Positions 62,441 to 64,000 of a stretch of DNA of 64,000 nucleotides are shown here, piece by piece. The first letter of the stretch is position 1. Every line of letters starts with the position of its first letter. The stretch is from Eledone cirrhosa. Taxonomy: Eukaryota. The position numbers were made by a program, and so were the translations under genes. The notes under the pieces are model-generated. The model did no database searches and had not been told where the DNA came from. It was given only the letters and a program-made list of their open reading frames with translations. The stretch spans positions 37,820,001-37,884,000 of the forward strand of contig OZ024741.1 of the NCBI GenBank assembly GCA_964016885.1, read 5' to 3'.

Positions 62441-63780
62441 TGATTTTGATCGGTAGAAGGTCGGACGCCATGCTTTGCAGCATAGAGTTACGCCCCTTTA
62501 TGGTCTGAGTTCAAATCCCGCCGAGGATTACTTTGCCTTACATCCTTATAGCGTCGATAAAATAAAGTACCAGTAATACACTGGAATAATTGCTGACCTT
62601 GTGCCAAATGTAGAAACAATTATATGATTTTAATATTTTCTGTGTCGCAATAAAAAAAATCTTTGTTCAGTTTTGAATCGTGAATTTCCCAAGCAGTGTT
62701 GTGATTTCATTCGTCTATTTCCGTTCCGTTTTGTTGCTTTTTCTTCAATTATTTCAGCGTCTGTTTGTCTTCATCTCTTTGCTAGTTCTGATATGTATAT
62801 CCCAGATTATTATAGTCAGATAATTGTGCCCCGTGTTTGATAGAATTTCATACCACTTGAAGTTCCCCCACTCCAAACATAATGTAACTATGGTGCAGCA
62901 AATTGACAGAGCCGTTAAAACGTCGGATAAGATCATTGTGATATCTATTCCAGCTTTCTACGGCCTGTGAGTTCAAATTCTGCAGAGGTCAACTTCGCTT
63001 TTCATGCTTTCGAGGTCGATATAAAATGTACCAGTTCAGTACTGTAGCTATCTTTTCCTTTATATTTCTTTGTTAGTTCCTTTATCTCCTTATCTAGAGG
63101 GGATAGACTTCGCTAGGTTTAAACAAAGTGTTCAAGACATGCCGTTTGTCACGACGGCGACAATTTGGCCCCATCAGGCGATACGGGTCCACACACACAT
63201 ACATACATACATACATACATACATACATACATACAATGTAACGGCAACTATATTACCCCATATCTTCCTCCCTTTATTTTAAGACGATAGTGTGTGGTAC
63301 GAGGTTGATTTCATTGCTATTTCTCGGAAGTTGAGCAGCCACGTAGAAGGCCCAACTTCAAGCTCCTGTTTTATCCCTATCATAGTACGAAGATTGGTGC
63401 ATGATCAATCCCAAAACACATCTGCCATTTATTAGGGTATACACGTAACAGAAGAAGTGGGTGAATGTTGACAGGGGGACAGCAAGAAGAGAGCAGTCAG
63501 TCACAGATGTGTCATCAAGCTAAAGACCAACTAGAAATGATATTTCTTCGCAAAGTATAAGCGATATCCTGTTGCCCTTGGCTATAGGAAAATGGGAAAA
63601 AATGTCACGACAAAAAGGCAACTCAATATTTCCTGATACAGACAAAATAACAAAATGCCACAGCACACTCGCGCACAGAAACATACGCATGCGTGCATAT
63701 GCACATACATAAGTATATAGATACATATCTATTTGTCTAATACATTGGTATCTCTCTATATATGTACATATATAGACGCA

Positions 63781-64000
<220 letters not shown>

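Overview
A 64-kb, AT-rich, microsatellite-dense eukaryotic window made almost entirely of transposable elements. The tRNA-derived SINEs and the (TA)n/(CA)n load suggest a cephalopod (Octopus-like) genome; that assignment is inference. I found no convincing host gene. The window holds one apparently intact two-ORF Tx1/L1-group LINE (about 767-6560) plus a 5'-truncated relative, a mildly decayed RTE LINE with three C2H2 fingers, and a decayed RTE/RTE-X LINE whose 5' end folds like the core of an HCV-type IRES. It also holds fragments of CR1, CRE, R4/Dong and Chapaev elements, a non-autonomous Helitron, an LTR remnant with a tRNA-Trp-like PBS, many SINEs and MITEs, and several satellites. The most notable signal is a set of short, non-coding, Penelope-like fold-back elements that sit in or beside (TA)n tracts. 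Each has an unpaired terminal 'tail' and an inverted copy of its own end, and several carry hammerhead ribozymes. Two unrelated families use the rare compensatory U3-A8 hammerhead core (UUGANAA instead of CUGANGA), which standard motif scans would miss. All RNA structures were folded by eye, and element boundaries are approximate unless stated.
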